A stretch of 36,292 nt of DNA from an uncultured Oligoflexus sp. Its GTDB lineage: Bacteria > Bdellovibrionota_B > Oligoflexia > Oligoflexales > Oligoflexaceae. The stretch is taken from NCBI GenBank assembly GCA_964236955.1, contig CAXSGP010000046.1:1-36292 (forward strand), given 5' to 3'. The position numbers and the translations under genes were made by a program. This document shows, piece after piece, positions 1 through 9,698 of the stretch (positions within the stretch are counted from its first letter, which is position 1; the number at the start of each line of letters is the position of its first letter). The notes beneath the pieces are model-generated. The model was not told the DNA's origin. It saw only the letters and a list, made by a program, of their open reading frames with translations, and made no database searches.

Positions 1-1
1 C

Positions 2-460
2 GTTACTGGGGATGTTCGACGTTGGCGTAGCCAAACGTCAACAGCCCCTAGTATTGATACCGTAGCCGCAAATACACAGCTCACGAAGCTCGAAGGATTA
101 AGAATTCTTGTGGCAGAAGATTCATTGGACAATCAGATGCTCGTAAGGCGAATCCTCATGAAACATGGGGCTTCAGTCCAAGCCGCTCACGATGGTGAAG
201 AAGCCATCCAAAAAGCGCTTACTGAAGACTACGATCTAATTCTAATGGATGTCCAAATGCCTCGAGTCGATGGCTATGAAGCAACACGGGCATTAAGAAA
301 GAGCGGTTTCAGTAGACCAATAGTAGCTCTAACAGCACACGCCATGATAGAAGAGAGGAAAAAATCAAAGAATGCTGGTTGCGATGCTCATCTTACAAAG
401 CCTATAGATTCCGTCGAACTTATCGACACAATTGTTGAGTTTGTGATTATCAATAAATAG
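2..460 (+). CDS. C-terminal receiver (REC) domain of a hybrid sensor histidine kinase, 5'-truncated by the window edge
   Basis: The frame is open from position 2 (..LEGLRILVAEDSLDN..LILMDVQMP..IVALTAHA..HLTKP), so the GTG at 110 is internal. It closely resembles the REC domain of the kinase at 17467-19698. Confidence 0.85.
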   Translation, partial: VTGDVRRWRSQTSTAPSIDTVAANTQLTKLEGLRILVAEDSLDNQMLVRRILMKHGASVQAAHDGEEAIQKALTEDYDLILMDVQMPRVDGYEATRALRKSGFSRPIVALTAHAMIEERKKSKNAGCDAHLTKPIDSVELIDTIVEFVIINK

Positions 461-604
461 CATTGGTCGGGGATGACTGCCGAGCAGCGAAAATAAAATA
501 AACCCTATGCGCTTCTTCGTACCGCTTCAAAGAAACCTCTGCTAACAATAAAAAAGCGCTCATTTTCATGAACGCCGAAGATCTCAATGAGAACAGGCAA
601 GACA

Positions 605-883
605 TTATTCTTTTCCGCCTCCGGCCCCCTCCTCTTCCACTCGTATCACCTTGCCGGATTGCGGATTGATGTGAATTTCAAAAATCTTTCCCTCTTTTAG
701 AATTTCCACAGAATAGACATCCTGCCCATGTTCATTCTCGCGTTCCACTTCCTTGACTTCACCCTGCACTCTGGTTAACGCAATTTTCTTTGCCTCGTCT
801 TCAGTGATGTCTTTCCCCGCAGCGACAAGCGTAAGCGGGGGAAGGGCCAATAAAGCTGCAATCATCACATTTGAAAATCTCAT
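605..883 (-). CDS. PepSY domain-containing secreted protein
   Basis: Signal peptide followed by ITEDEAKKIAL..GEVKEVERE..VYSVEI..EIHINPQSGKVI, a PepSY pattern. ATG at 883 has AAGGA upstream; the ORF track starts at 916. Confidence 0.85.
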   Translation of the reverse strand: MRFSNVMIAALLALPPLTLVAAGKDITEDEAKKIALTRVQGEVKEVERENEHGQDVYSVEILKEGKIFEIHINPQSGKVIRVEEEGAGGGKE

Positions 884-905
884 AGTCCATCCTTTTAGGC
901 GAAAT

Positions 906-3900
906 TCAATTCCCATTATCTATTGAATATTTTACCTTTCTAGAATGAAGGGGAGATGACCCACTTCGATTTTTAATAAGGAAGTACATGACCGGCATCA
1001 CAACCAAGACCAATGGCAACTGTGCGAACAGTCCCGCCACAGTAACAATGGCAAGCGGCTGCTGCATCGCTGCTCCTTCACCGATCCCCAACGCTAAAGG
1101 AAGAAGAGTTAAAATTGCCGCCAAAGAAGTCATAGCGATAGGGCGGATGCGGTTAAGACCTGCTTTGGTCAGGGCGCGAGAGAGAACGGGCTCATCATGC
1201 ATTTCATTAAGCTCGGAAAAGAAGAAGATACCGACTTCTGTCACAATCCCGATAATCATGGTCAAACCCATAAGGGCACTGATGTTGAGTTGAGTTCGAG
1301 TGAGCAGCAAAGCGCAGAATATAAAGGGCATCGCCAAAAGCGGCATCGTCACAATGCATGCCGAAATCAGGAAGTTCTCATAGAGTAAGAGCAAGGTAAT
1401 AAAGACGAGAGCGGCACCGGCTGCCATGACCAGACGAATTTGACTGAAAGCTGCCTGCTGTTCAGCATAAATGCCGCCCATCGAGAAATAGATGCCTTTG
1501 GGAAGCAGTTTTCTTTCTTTGATGACCTTTTGGATTTCATCGGCCGCGCTGCCTAAATCACGACTGTTAAGCCGGGCTGTAACGGTTGCCATGCGCTTCA
1601 GATTCTCGCTTGTGATCGCAGGTTCACCATAGCTCTTCCTAAGACTAGCAATGCGTTTTAAAGGAAAACGATGTCCATCGGTGGCCGAAAGCATTAAATT
1701 GTTAAGCATGAATTCCGCAGAATCCGTTTTCATCTCCATCATGCTTCGGATCCCAACCATTTTCGGACCCTGTTGAATGGAAGAACTTACGACCCCTTCA
1801 AAAGCATTGGCGACAGCATCATTGGCGGCCTGAATAGTAATGCCTTCCATTGCGGCTTTTTGCCTATCAATGTCATAGATGACCGAGTCGCCAGCTGGCA
1901 GAATGTTGGCTTTGACGTCTACGACTCCGCTGATTCCTTCAAGCACTTTAGCGACTGACTCTGCCGTTTCGTTAAGAAGATCTTGATCGTCAGAAAAGAG
2001 TTTGACCTCGATCGGCTGGGGAACAGCGCTAAGATCACCAATGAGATCTTCCATCAGCTGGAGAATTTCAACTTCCAATCCGGGAACACCCGCTTCGACT
2101 TTTTCACGAACTTCATCCATGACTTCGTCAATGGGTCGCCTTGGATAGGGTTTAAGGCGAACGAAGAAGTCGCCGACGTTTGTAGCATGGAAACCGCCGC
2201 CCAGCCCAAGCCCAGTCCGTCGTGAATAGGTGTCAACTTCAGGAATTGTTTGCAAAATGCCTTCAATCTGTCTGACGAGTCGATCGGTCTCCATTAAAGA
2301 CGTCCCGGGTTCGGACTCATAATCCAGGACAAATCCACCTTCGTCCATCTCTGGCATGAAGCCCGTGCCGACATAAAAGAAGGATACAGTCCCTAGAACG
2401 AGCAGTGGAATCAAACCAAAAAAGATAAGTTTAGGTTTAGCGAAAAGACGTTCCATAAGTTCCGCATAGCGAATGTTGAACCAAGCGGAAATTTTACCAG
2501 AATGGACCGGTTCTTTGGCCAAGCCTTTATAGAGAAACTCAGAGATTATGGGAATAAGAATCCAGGAGACACAGAAGGAAACAACCAGGCTGATGGCCAT
2601 TGTCATGGACAGAGCCTTGAAAAAACTCCCGGTCGCACCCGTAAGAAATGCTGGGGGTATATGGATGACCAGAGTTGCCGCGGACGAACTCAGGAGAGGT
2701 AGGGTAAATTCCCTTGAGGCCGTGGCAACGATGGAACTGTCGCCTGACGCGCCGGCGCCATGGATGCGGCGCGCTATATGCTCAAGCAAAACGATGGCAT
2801 CGTCGATGACAAGCCCCACGGCAGCCGCTAGCCCACCGAGAGTCATAATATTGAAGCTTTCGCCGAGCCCATGCATGACAAGCACGGTAATTGCGATAAC
2901 TATCGGCACAATAGCTAGCGATATCAAAGTCATCCGAACGCTTCTCAAAAAGAGGAACAGGACCCCGGCGGCCAGCAGTACCCCAACGAAAATCGCGTCC
3001 CTTACGCTAGTAATCGAAGCCAGGATAAGCTCGCTTTGATCATACCAATTCGCAAGCTTTACATCGGCGGGAAGCTGGTCGGAAAAAAGAGCAACCTTTT
3101 CCTTCACCATCTTCGCCAGTTCAGCCGTATTGCCGCGTGGCTGCTGATAGATGTTGATAAGAACCGCAGATTTTCCATCCGCAGTGACCCGGGTCCAGCT
3201 GGGCGCATTTTGCATGCGGACTTCGGCAAGATCCTTTACTTTAATGAGTCGACCAGGGACCGCTTTTACGACCACCTGGCCGATGTCCTCTATCGTCTTT
3301 AGACGGGAATCGCCCATGATCAGATAGAGCTTATAATCGTCTTCCACCCGACCGCTGGAAACGAGAAGATTATTGGCGGCGATTGCTGCGGATATATCGG
3401 AAGTACTCAGGCTAAATGCGTCTAGCTTGTGAGGATCGATGGCTATCCTGAATTCCTCAGTTTCCCCGCCTAAGACCTCAACCCTTTGAATACCTGATAT
3501 AGAGGTGAGAAATGGCCCGAGTTGATACTTTGCAATGTCCTGCAGTTGCGCGGGAGTAGAAACGGACGATGTTAAACTATAGGCGAAAACCGGCGTCAAT
3601 TCCGGCGCCATATGTCGAATCTCGTAAGTCGACCCAGGAGGCAAGCTCGGAAAAACTTGAGCAACCGCATTCTGTACCTGAAGGAGGGCTTTATCCATAT
3701 CGTCCCCCCAGCTGAAGAGCACTGAAACCGAGGCACTTCCCCGATTTGTTTCAGAACGAATGCTCTGAACGCCTGGAACGAGGCGAACCGTTTCCTCAAG
3801 AAGTCTCGTGACCTCGACGGCCATCTGGTCGGCCGGGCGGTCGCCTGCGTCAAGGTCAACGACTATTCTCGGAAACTCCACGTTCGGGAAAAGGGCGACG

Positions 3901-4001
3901 GGAACCTGCTTACTCACCAGAATTCCAGAGAGTGCAAGGAGTAGGATCGTAAAGCAGAAGGCTCGTTTATGCAGGAATATGCGCTGGGTCCAAGATATCA
4001 T
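906..4001 (-). CDS. RND efflux permease (AcrB/CusA/CzcA superfamily)
   Basis: 1031 aa with PVALFP..FP, TM4 GLVIDDAIV, GFMPEMDEGGF and RIRPIAMTSLAAI motifs. Overlaps the MFP stop by 4 nt. Confidence 0.95.
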   Translation of the reverse strand: MISWTQRIFLHKRAFCFTILLLALSGILVSKQVPVALFPNVEFPRIVVDLDAGDRPADQMAVEVTRLLEETVRLVPGVQSIRSETNRGSASVSVLFSWGDDMDKALLQVQNAVAQVFPSLPPGSTYEIRHMAPELTPVFAYSLTSSVSTPAQLQDIAKYQLGPFLTSISGIQRVEVLGGETEEFRIAIDPHKLDAFSLSTSDISAAIAANNLLVSSGRVEDDYKLYLIMGDSRLKTIEDIGQVVVKAVPGRLIKVKDLAEVRMQNAPSWTRVTADGKSAVLINIYQQPRGNTAELAKMVKEKVALFSDQLPADVKLANWYDQSELILASITSVRDAIFVGVLLAAGVLFLFLRSVRMTLISLAIVPIVIAITVLVMHGLGESFNIMTLGGLAAAVGLVIDDAIVLLEHIARRIHGAGASGDSSIVATASREFTLPLLSSSAATLVIHIPPAFLTGATGSFFKALSMTMAISLVVSFCVSWILIPIISEFLYKGLAKEPVHSGKISAWFNIRYAELMERLFAKPKLIFFGLIPLLVLGTVSFFYVGTGFMPEMDEGGFVLDYESEPGTSLMETDRLVRQIEGILQTIPEVDTYSRRTGLGLGGGFHATNVGDFFVRLKPYPRRPIDEVMDEVREKVEAGVPGLEVEILQLMEDLIGDLSAVPQPIEVKLFSDDQDLLNETAESVAKVLEGISGVVDVKANILPAGDSVIYDIDRQKAAMEGITIQAANDAVANAFEGVVSSSIQQGPKMVGIRSMMEMKTDSAEFMLNNLMLSATDGHRFPLKRIASLRKSYGEPAITSENLKRMATVTARLNSRDLGSAADEIQKVIKERKLLPKGIYFSMGGIYAEQQAAFSQIRLVMAAGAALVFITLLLLYENFLISACIVTMPLLAMPFIFCALLLTRTQLNISALMGLTMIIGIVTEVGIFFFSELNEMHDEPVLSRALTKAGLNRIRPIAMTSLAAILTLLPLALGIGEGAAMQQPLAIVTVAGLFAQLPLVLVVMPVMYFLIKNRSGSSPLHSRKVKYSIDNGN

Positions 4002-5182
4002 TCTGAAGTCTCCAGCAAAGTCATACCGTCTTTTAATACGTAATTGCCAAGCTTAATCACTTTGTCGCCAGCCTTCACGTCGCCTTTGATTTCCACGTAG
4101 TCCGTTGTCTCTTTTCCCCTGGTCACGACTACCGAAACAGCCAAGCCATCCACTGCCAGAAAAACTTTGCTTTCTCTTTCGTCACTCAATACCGAAGAAC
4201 GTGGAACGGCCAATGTGGTGATTGACGATACCTTGATATCACCATATACCTTTGAGCCAATCGTAAAGGGATTGACCTGAAGATCGACCCAAACATCAAT
4301 AAGTTGAGTTGCCTGGTTGATAGTGTGGGAAACCGTTTTGACCAATCCAGTACCAAGCAAAGTGGAATTCAGAGCGCCCTTTATTCGAACCTCCATCCCT
4401 GGTCTAATCTGCGAGGATTCGTCAGGTTCGACTCCGAGGATAACCTGTGCAAGAGACCCACCGCTCAACTGCATGATGGAGGTCCCTGGCTGAATGTGAT
4501 CACCTTGAATACCCGTCACCGCTACCACGGTGCCGTCAAACGGGCTTTTGAATACGAAATTTTGTGAGCCGTTTCCCATGGAGGATTCGCTATTAAAAAC
4601 ATCCTCGGCATCAGAAAGTGCCTTCTCAGCTGCCGCAACCTGGCTTGTCGTAGCCAGTTGCTTGGACCTCAGATCCCTCAGCCTTGTGAGTTCGGCTTCA
4701 GCCGACTTCGCGGCAACCTGGGCCTGTCGAAACGCGAGGCGTCCTGCCGAATCGGTGCTACTTTCAAAGAGTGTTTCACCTTTAACAACAGCCTGACCAG
4801 GAACCACATTTAATTTATTGATAATGATGGCGCGGGGCAGCCCTATATTCAAAGTTGCCGAGTTAGCTGCAATGACCGACCCGAATCCCTTAATGAAGGT
4901 GCCAAGTTCATGTTCTGCTACGAGTTCTGTCTCAACCTGGGCGATGCCTTTAGGTTTGTCATCGTCCTCTTCCCCTTTTTCTTTATCCTTGTCAGGCTTC
5001 TGCTCCTCATTCTCTTCTTCTTTTCCGGCTTTTGGACCCTTCGAGTCCTTTTCATCGGTCAGAGCGACTTCGGATTTAGATCCGGCAGGTCCTCCTGCTT
5101 TGGCCTCCATCGTTTCCTTTTTTTTAGGACAGCCAAAGGCAAAAAAGGCGCAGAGTAGAAAATATATCGGTCTCGATTTCAT
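3998..5182 (-). CDS. RND efflux membrane fusion (periplasmic adaptor) lipoprotein
   Basis: Likely start MKSRP with lipobox FAFGC, VVPGQAVVKGETL and SPFDGTV lipoyl-like halves, AVPRSSV, and GDKVIKLG. Lies between TolC and RND. Confidence 0.9.
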   Translation of the reverse strand: MKSRPIYFLLCAFFAFGCPKKKETMEAKAGGPAGSKSEVALTDEKDSKGPKAGKEEENEEQKPDKDKEKGEEDDDKPKGIAQVETELVAEHELGTFIKGFGSVIAANSATLNIGLPRAIIINKLNVVPGQAVVKGETLFESSTDSAGRLAFRQAQVAAKSAEAELTRLRDLRSKQLATTSQVAAAEKALSDAEDVFNSESSMGNGSQNFVFKSPFDGTVVAVTGIQGDHIQPGTSIMQLSGGSLAQVILGVEPDESSQIRPGMEVRIKGALNSTLLGTGLVKTVSHTINQATQLIDVWVDLQVNPFTIGSKVYGDIKVSSITTLAVPRSSVLSDERESKVFLAVDGLAVSVVVTRGKETTDYVEIKGDVKAGDKVIKLGNYVLKDGMTLLETSE

Positions 5183-5192
5183 GGCACGATCC

Positions 5193-6524
5193 TTAGTTAT
5201 TCTGTGGAGGCAGCTCACTGCCAATTAGAGTTTCGATAGCAACCTCTCTTTCAATAAGCTGCTCCTCGAGTCCAAAAAGCTCGAGCTTACTATTAAGATA
5301 GGCCATACGTAGGTCAGAAAAAGTCAAAGCATCAATGTTTCCCGAAGACAGCGCGGAAGACGCTTGATTGGAAACGGCCTCGAGTCTGGGAAGTCCAGTT
5401 TTATGCGAGTTGATCTGACCCGTGAGCAACTTTCGCTCGATTAGGAGTCTCTTGAGCTCACTCGTCGTTGCGTTCAGCCGGCCCTGGTATTCATCCCACT
5501 GACGCTGGCGAATCGCCTCTTCTAAATGGACAGCGCCCTTACTTCGATAAAATATTGGGATATTCAGTGATATTCCAAAAACGCTCTCGGTAATATTTGC
5601 ACTGTCGCGAGTCCGATTGAAACCTATGGTCACACGCGGGAACTGGGCAAGCACGGCCTGATAGACTTTTTCTTCTTCAAGGCGATAACTGGCGTTGAGG
5701 GCAGCAAGGTCTGGTCTGCGACGGGGAAGGGAAACCAATAGTTCTTCCACATCCTTGTCGGCATGTGCCTCTACCTTTAGCTCGCCTTGAAGATCGAAAT
5801 TAAACTCGGGGGAAAACCCAACAAGATCAGCCAATGCCGATTGAGTCTGAAGCTGGAGTTTTTCTGAGTCGTTAAGCTTGCTCCTTACATCACTCCGGGC
5901 AGCAAGTTCCACCGCCACCCCGGATATTGCGACATTACCGGCTCCCAAGGCCTCATCCAGATGCTCAATCTTTCTATTCATAAGATCAGCGGTCTCAGTC
6001 AAGGTATCAACGATTTTTTTCTGATAATAGCTTTGCACGAACAGAATACGGGCCTGTTGGGCAATTTGCCATTCCTGCCAAATTCGGCTTAAGGTGGCCT
6101 TATGTTGCTCTTCATTTTCCATACGATACCTTGAAGGCATTGACAGTAGCGAAGCAATATCGAACCCTACGCCGGCATCATAGGTCCCAATCTTTTGTCC
6201 GACGATATCACCGTAGCCAAGGGAAATTTGCGATTCGGGAGAATTGCCCGCCATCGACCGTTCCGCAATCAATTCATCATCCTGCGCAAGCTTGAGATCG
6301 GGATTACGTTGAAGGGCCAAGATCACGATCTCATTGCTATCGATACCATCCGATAGATCGACGCCTTTCGATCTCAAAACACCATCTTTTTCGATGGCAG
6401 CGGCATCCATTGCCAATGTCGATGTTTCAGGCAGTGGCTTTGCCGTATAACCAGCACAAGAAGACAAACACAAAGGCAGTATGGCTATTATAGAGCATTT
6501 GAAGAAGAACCTGTCCAAAGTCAT
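5193..6524 (-). CDS. TolC-family outer-membrane efflux lipoprotein
   Basis: Lipobox LSSC, ALQRNPDL and RRRPDLAAL OEP repeats; first gene of the efflux operon. Confidence 0.9.
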   Translation of the reverse strand: MTLDRFFFKCSIIAILPLCLSSCAGYTAKPLPETSTLAMDAAAIEKDGVLRSKGVDLSDGIDSNEIVILALQRNPDLKLAQDDELIAERSMAGNSPESQISLGYGDIVGQKIGTYDAGVGFDIASLLSMPSRYRMENEEQHKATLSRIWQEWQIAQQARILFVQSYYQKKIVDTLTETADLMNRKIEHLDEALGAGNVAISGVAVELAARSDVRSKLNDSEKLQLQTQSALADLVGFSPEFNFDLQGELKVEAHADKDVEELLVSLPRRRPDLAALNASYRLEEEKVYQAVLAQFPRVTIGFNRTRDSANITESVFGISLNIPIFYRSKGAVHLEEAIRQRQWDEYQGRLNATTSELKRLLIERKLLTGQINSHKTGLPRLEAVSNQASSALSSGNIDALTFSDLRMAYLNSKLELFGLEEQLIEREVAIETLIGSELPPQNN

Positions 6525-6779
6525 TCTCTCTTTCCCGTGAAGGCAATGGGCCTATCGCATCTTTAAAATTGAGGGTTCCTTAGCTGGCCATAAGTTCCGC
6601 TTCAAGCGAATATTTTTTCGAACATGAATTTCACTTTTTTGGTTCTTTCTTTGCCAAAGGTCACGCGGTTGAATTTAATTTTGCCCCACTAAGGTCTTAT
6701 CCCTATACTCTATCAAACAATGTGGGACTTGAGAATGAACCCCTAAAAGGCAGCAATCGTCATGATGATAATAGGCTAG

Positions 6780-6797
6780 ATGAATTCAAAATGAATT
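6780..6797. promoter_or_regulatory. Direct repeat ATGAATT-N4-ATGAATT (11-bp period), OmpR/PhoB-type box candidate
   Basis: Seen directly in the divergent intergenic region. The 11-bp period is typical of OmpR-family sites. Confidence 0.4.
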
Positions 6798-6920
6798 TTG
6801 ACGGTCATATTTGAAGATCCGCTTATAGATGATAAGATCATATCACTTTTAATGACGCGTCTGTGAACTGACTCTATTCAAATCGTGAATATACCCCGGC
6901 CACAATAGGTAAATCATAAA

Positions 6921-7898
6921 ATGCACGAAATGCGTAGTTTTCCCCTTGAATCTAAAACTCTCGAAAAATCACCGAACTCCTTACGCCAATGTCTATTCAT
7001 TCTTTCAATTGCCATCGGTAACAGCATTGTCCCCGCTTCACTCATGGCCAGTTCTGGAACCAGCAATCAACGCAGCAATCGCACCATCAAACGGGACGCG
7101 ATAAAATCAGACAAAAGAAAAAATCAATCAATCCCATCTAAATTTTTTTATGGAGGCTGGACCTCCCTGGCTGTTGATCTCGTTAAAAAGAAGGAGATCG
7201 AAGAGCCTGCGGCTGAGGAAGCTGCGGCACTGGCAGAAGAGGAGGGGCGGGAGGAAACCCCGGATCTTGTTCTTAATGATGACGGTGAGAGTCTCGAAGC
7301 GATTTTTGGGGCATATCTTGGTTATCAAATTACCAAGAAATCGAATTTAGTCGCCGGTGGGACCTTCGGGACAAAGTCGAAAATTGGGGATCCTCGCATA
7401 GGCATTTCCTGGGAAGATGAGCTTAAGGAAGGCGTTACAGTCGGAAGCTTTTCCACCTTCTCCGTCCCCATCTCGGAGACCAGCAAAGTCGATGGCCTGG
7501 TCACCAGGCTGGATGTCCAGGTGTTTTTTGAAATTGAGTCCGGGGAATCTGCCTATGAGCTCCGACCTATCCTTTCTCTCTCAAAATTTAATGCACCGGC
7601 GGAAGAACAAAACCCGCCGCCTGAAGAGTCACCCGAGGCATCGACGGAAGGCCTCGAATTTGAGTACCGCCACAACATAAATGAAAAATTGAAGCTTGCG
7701 AGCGGTGTTGGCGTGGAAAGGATTTCGCCGCGTGAAGGAGACGCGATCTATGAGATGGAACTGACTGCCATAAAAGGAATTTGGTATATAAATAAAAAAA
7801 TCGACTTAAATGCGAGGCTGAGGTTTATTCACGAAGGCGTTGAGCTTCCCAAAGGGGATGACGCGGCGATCGTCTTGGCGATGGACTATTATCCTTAA
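6921..7898 (+). CDS. Hypothetical exported protein, probable outer-membrane beta-barrel with acidic loops
   Basis: 325-aa ORF with an N-terminal hydrophobic segment, alternating amphipathic strands (GAYLGYQI, RIGISWED, EFEYRHN, GIWYIN), an aromatic C-terminus (DYYP) and Glu-rich inserts. Confidence 0.6.
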   Translation: MHEMRSFPLESKTLEKSPNSLRQCLFILSIAIGNSIVPASLMASSGTSNQRSNRTIKRDAIKSDKRKNQSIPSKFFYGGWTSLAVDLVKKKEIEEPAAEEAAALAEEEGREETPDLVLNDDGESLEAIFGAYLGYQITKKSNLVAGGTFGTKSKIGDPRIGISWEDELKEGVTVGSFSTFSVPISETSKVDGLVTRLDVQVFFEIESGESAYELRPILSLSKFNAPAEEQNPPPEESPEASTEGLEFEYRHNINEKLKLASGVGVERISPREGDAIYEMELTAIKGIWYINKKIDLNARLRFIHEGVELPKGDDAAIVLAMDYYP

Positions 7899-7904
7899 AA
7901 GAAA

Positions 7905-7934
7905 GCCCTTTGACTGCGTAAGGCAGCAAAGGGC
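7905..7934. terminator. Hairpin between convergent genes, probable terminator
   Basis: GCCCTTTG(A)CTGC-GTAAG-GCAG-CAAAGGGC stem-loop between the stops at 7898 and 7951; the A-tract on its left gives a U-tract on the minus strand. Confidence 0.6.
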
Positions 7935-7950
7935 CTGAATCAGCAATTAC

Positions 7951-8202
7951 TTATTTTTTGCCGTATTTCTTGTCAAGTGAAGCGTGAAGCGCCTCACAAG
8001 GCTTGGACAAAGTCTCGCCTTGCTCTTCTAGACAAGCCCAAATAGCTTCGTTTTTGTCCTTTACTTTAGGATCAATTTTGCACTTTTCCATCTCTTTTTT
8101 GCAGACGCCCCAGTCAGGCGATCCTGCAAAAGCGCTTACAGGAAGTGCCAGGGCACAGAAACCGCTTACAAGAAACACTTTCAGCATCGATGGGTTCTTC
8201 AT
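7951..8202 (-). CDS. Small secreted cysteine-rich protein (bacterial Cys_rich_FGFR-like single repeat)
   Basis: Signal peptide ending SAFA, then C-x6-C...ACL-x6-LS-x2-C; AAGGA RBS upstream. Confidence 0.75.
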   Translation of the reverse strand: MKNPSMLKVFLVSGFCALALPVSAFAGSPDWGVCKKEMEKCKIDPKVKDKNEAIWACLEEQGETLSKPCEALHASLDKKYGKK

Positions 8203-8612
8203 GGGTCATTTCCTTTTTGTACGGCAATATTAACGAGATTTAGCACCTGAAATCCCGACCTACCCTTTCCCTCCGGGAATACTATTCTTGCGAAAGGCGA
8301 GCACTCCGGGAATACTAGAATAATTATAATCAAAATCCCTTACAAGCGATACTGTCTCGCCGTAAAAATAGTTTTCGTTTGCGACATGTAAATCGACCGC
8401 ACAAACTCATGCATGGCTCCAATAAATAGAATGAAGTGAAAAAAGGCAGGCCGCGTATAGACGCGCTGATCATTGACAACCGGCGCCTTTCAATCGTGTC
8501 CGTCCCACTTCGTAGCTGAAATTGAATTTATCCAAGATAGGTTAACGACCTGCCGTATTAGCCTTTTTAAAGGATAGCCATGCGTTAAACTCTTACCTTT
8601 AGCCCTTTGTTG

Positions 8613-8810
8613 TTCTTAAAGGCCGTTGCCTCGTCATCTTCTGGAAAGGTATTTCCTAATCCCGATCTTCTGGAAAATAGGGACATTTATCGCTTCGTTG
8701 CCGTTTAAGGTGGTACGTGCCTCGATGTCAAAGATCATTCGCGAGTCGATGCTGGGAATCTTGAGCAGTGGTACTGCCAAGATAGCAACAATTAGAAATT
8801 TATAGCCACT
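8613..8810 (+). pseudogene. Degraded ricin-type beta-trefoil (QxW) lectin domain fragment
   Basis: The frame starting at 8682 reads DIYRFVAV*GGTCLDVKDHSRVDAGNLEQWYCQDSNN*KF, with stops at 8706 and 8793. This matches the G-x-CLDV...QW-x-C...NQ-x-F ricin repeat. Confidence 0.65.
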
Positions 8811-9095
8811 TTGAGTGCAAAACACGACTATGCACAGATCCCCCATCCCAATAGCAGGTCGTATGTTTAATAGTTCAACAGCAGCAGATTTTTTCGCATA
8901 AATTCCGCCAGAAAAATTTTTTGCCACAGAGATATTACGAATTCGCTCTATAGTTTAAGCCTATTAGCCCTTAAATTCCATATCTGGGATAGGCCTTGTT
9001 TAGCCCCTTCTGAAATGAACTCCTTGTGCATCCTACCCTGCTCGACCATAGTGCAGCATGTAAACAAAAATTATTTCCTAAAAGGTGGATATATC

Positions 9096-9482
9096 ATGGA
9101 TTACATTATCTGGATGGATTCTGAAAAAGCTCAAGTTTTTGGACTCAATACAACGGGGATTGAAAAATCCAACCTCAAAAAAAGCGGAATCAACCATCAT
9201 TCCGGCGATAAAAATGACAGTGTCGTTGACGAACATCTCAATCACTTCTACCACGACCTCACAGTCAAGCTGAGCGACGCAAATCAGCTCTTGATCATGG
9301 GGCCTGGCATTTCAAAAACTCACTTTAAGACATACCTCGACAGCCATGCTGGAGAATTGTCGAAAAATGTTGTGGCGGTGGAAAATAGTGATCATCCTTC
9401 AGACAATCAGATTCTGGCTGCCGGCAAAGAATTTTTTAAGACTTATGAATTCTTCAATACACCGGTTCTCGTGGCGCATTAA
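9096..9482 (+). CDS. Small eRF1/host-attachment-like ('translational machinery') protein
   Basis: IIWMD..AQVF, LLIMGPG..K..F..YL, VVAVE..DHPSDNQILA pattern. ATG at 9096 has GGTGG upstream; the ORF track starts at 9015. Confidence 0.7.
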   Translation: MDYIIWMDSEKAQVFGLNTTGIEKSNLKKSGINHHSGDKNDSVVDEHLNHFYHDLTVKLSDANQLLIMGPGISKTHFKTYLDSHAGELSKNVVAVENSDHPSDNQILAAGKEFFKTYEFFNTPVLVAH

Positions 9483-9698
9483 AGTCCTTTTGGAAAAATT
9501 GACCTAGGCCTCTATCGCGAAAATGCCCTTCGCCGTTTTCGATTGATAGAGAGTCAATACTAACAAATGCTTAGGGCTCAAATATGAGGCAAGCATTTTG
9601 ACCTCTAAAACTTTAGGCTTAGAATTTTTAAGATTTTATGCTTGTCTGTTCCTCTAACAGCATACTCACGTCTTGCACGGAGCACATTAAGGTGGGGA

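Noticed and set aside
988..5228. Numerous short plus-strand ORFs over the efflux operon (and similar ones over other long genes)
   Set aside because: Antisense or out-of-frame shadows of well-supported CDSs, with no RBS or domain support.
8634..8927. 97-aa minus-strand ORF
   Set aside because: No recognisable features; explained as the antisense shadow of the ricin pseudogene.
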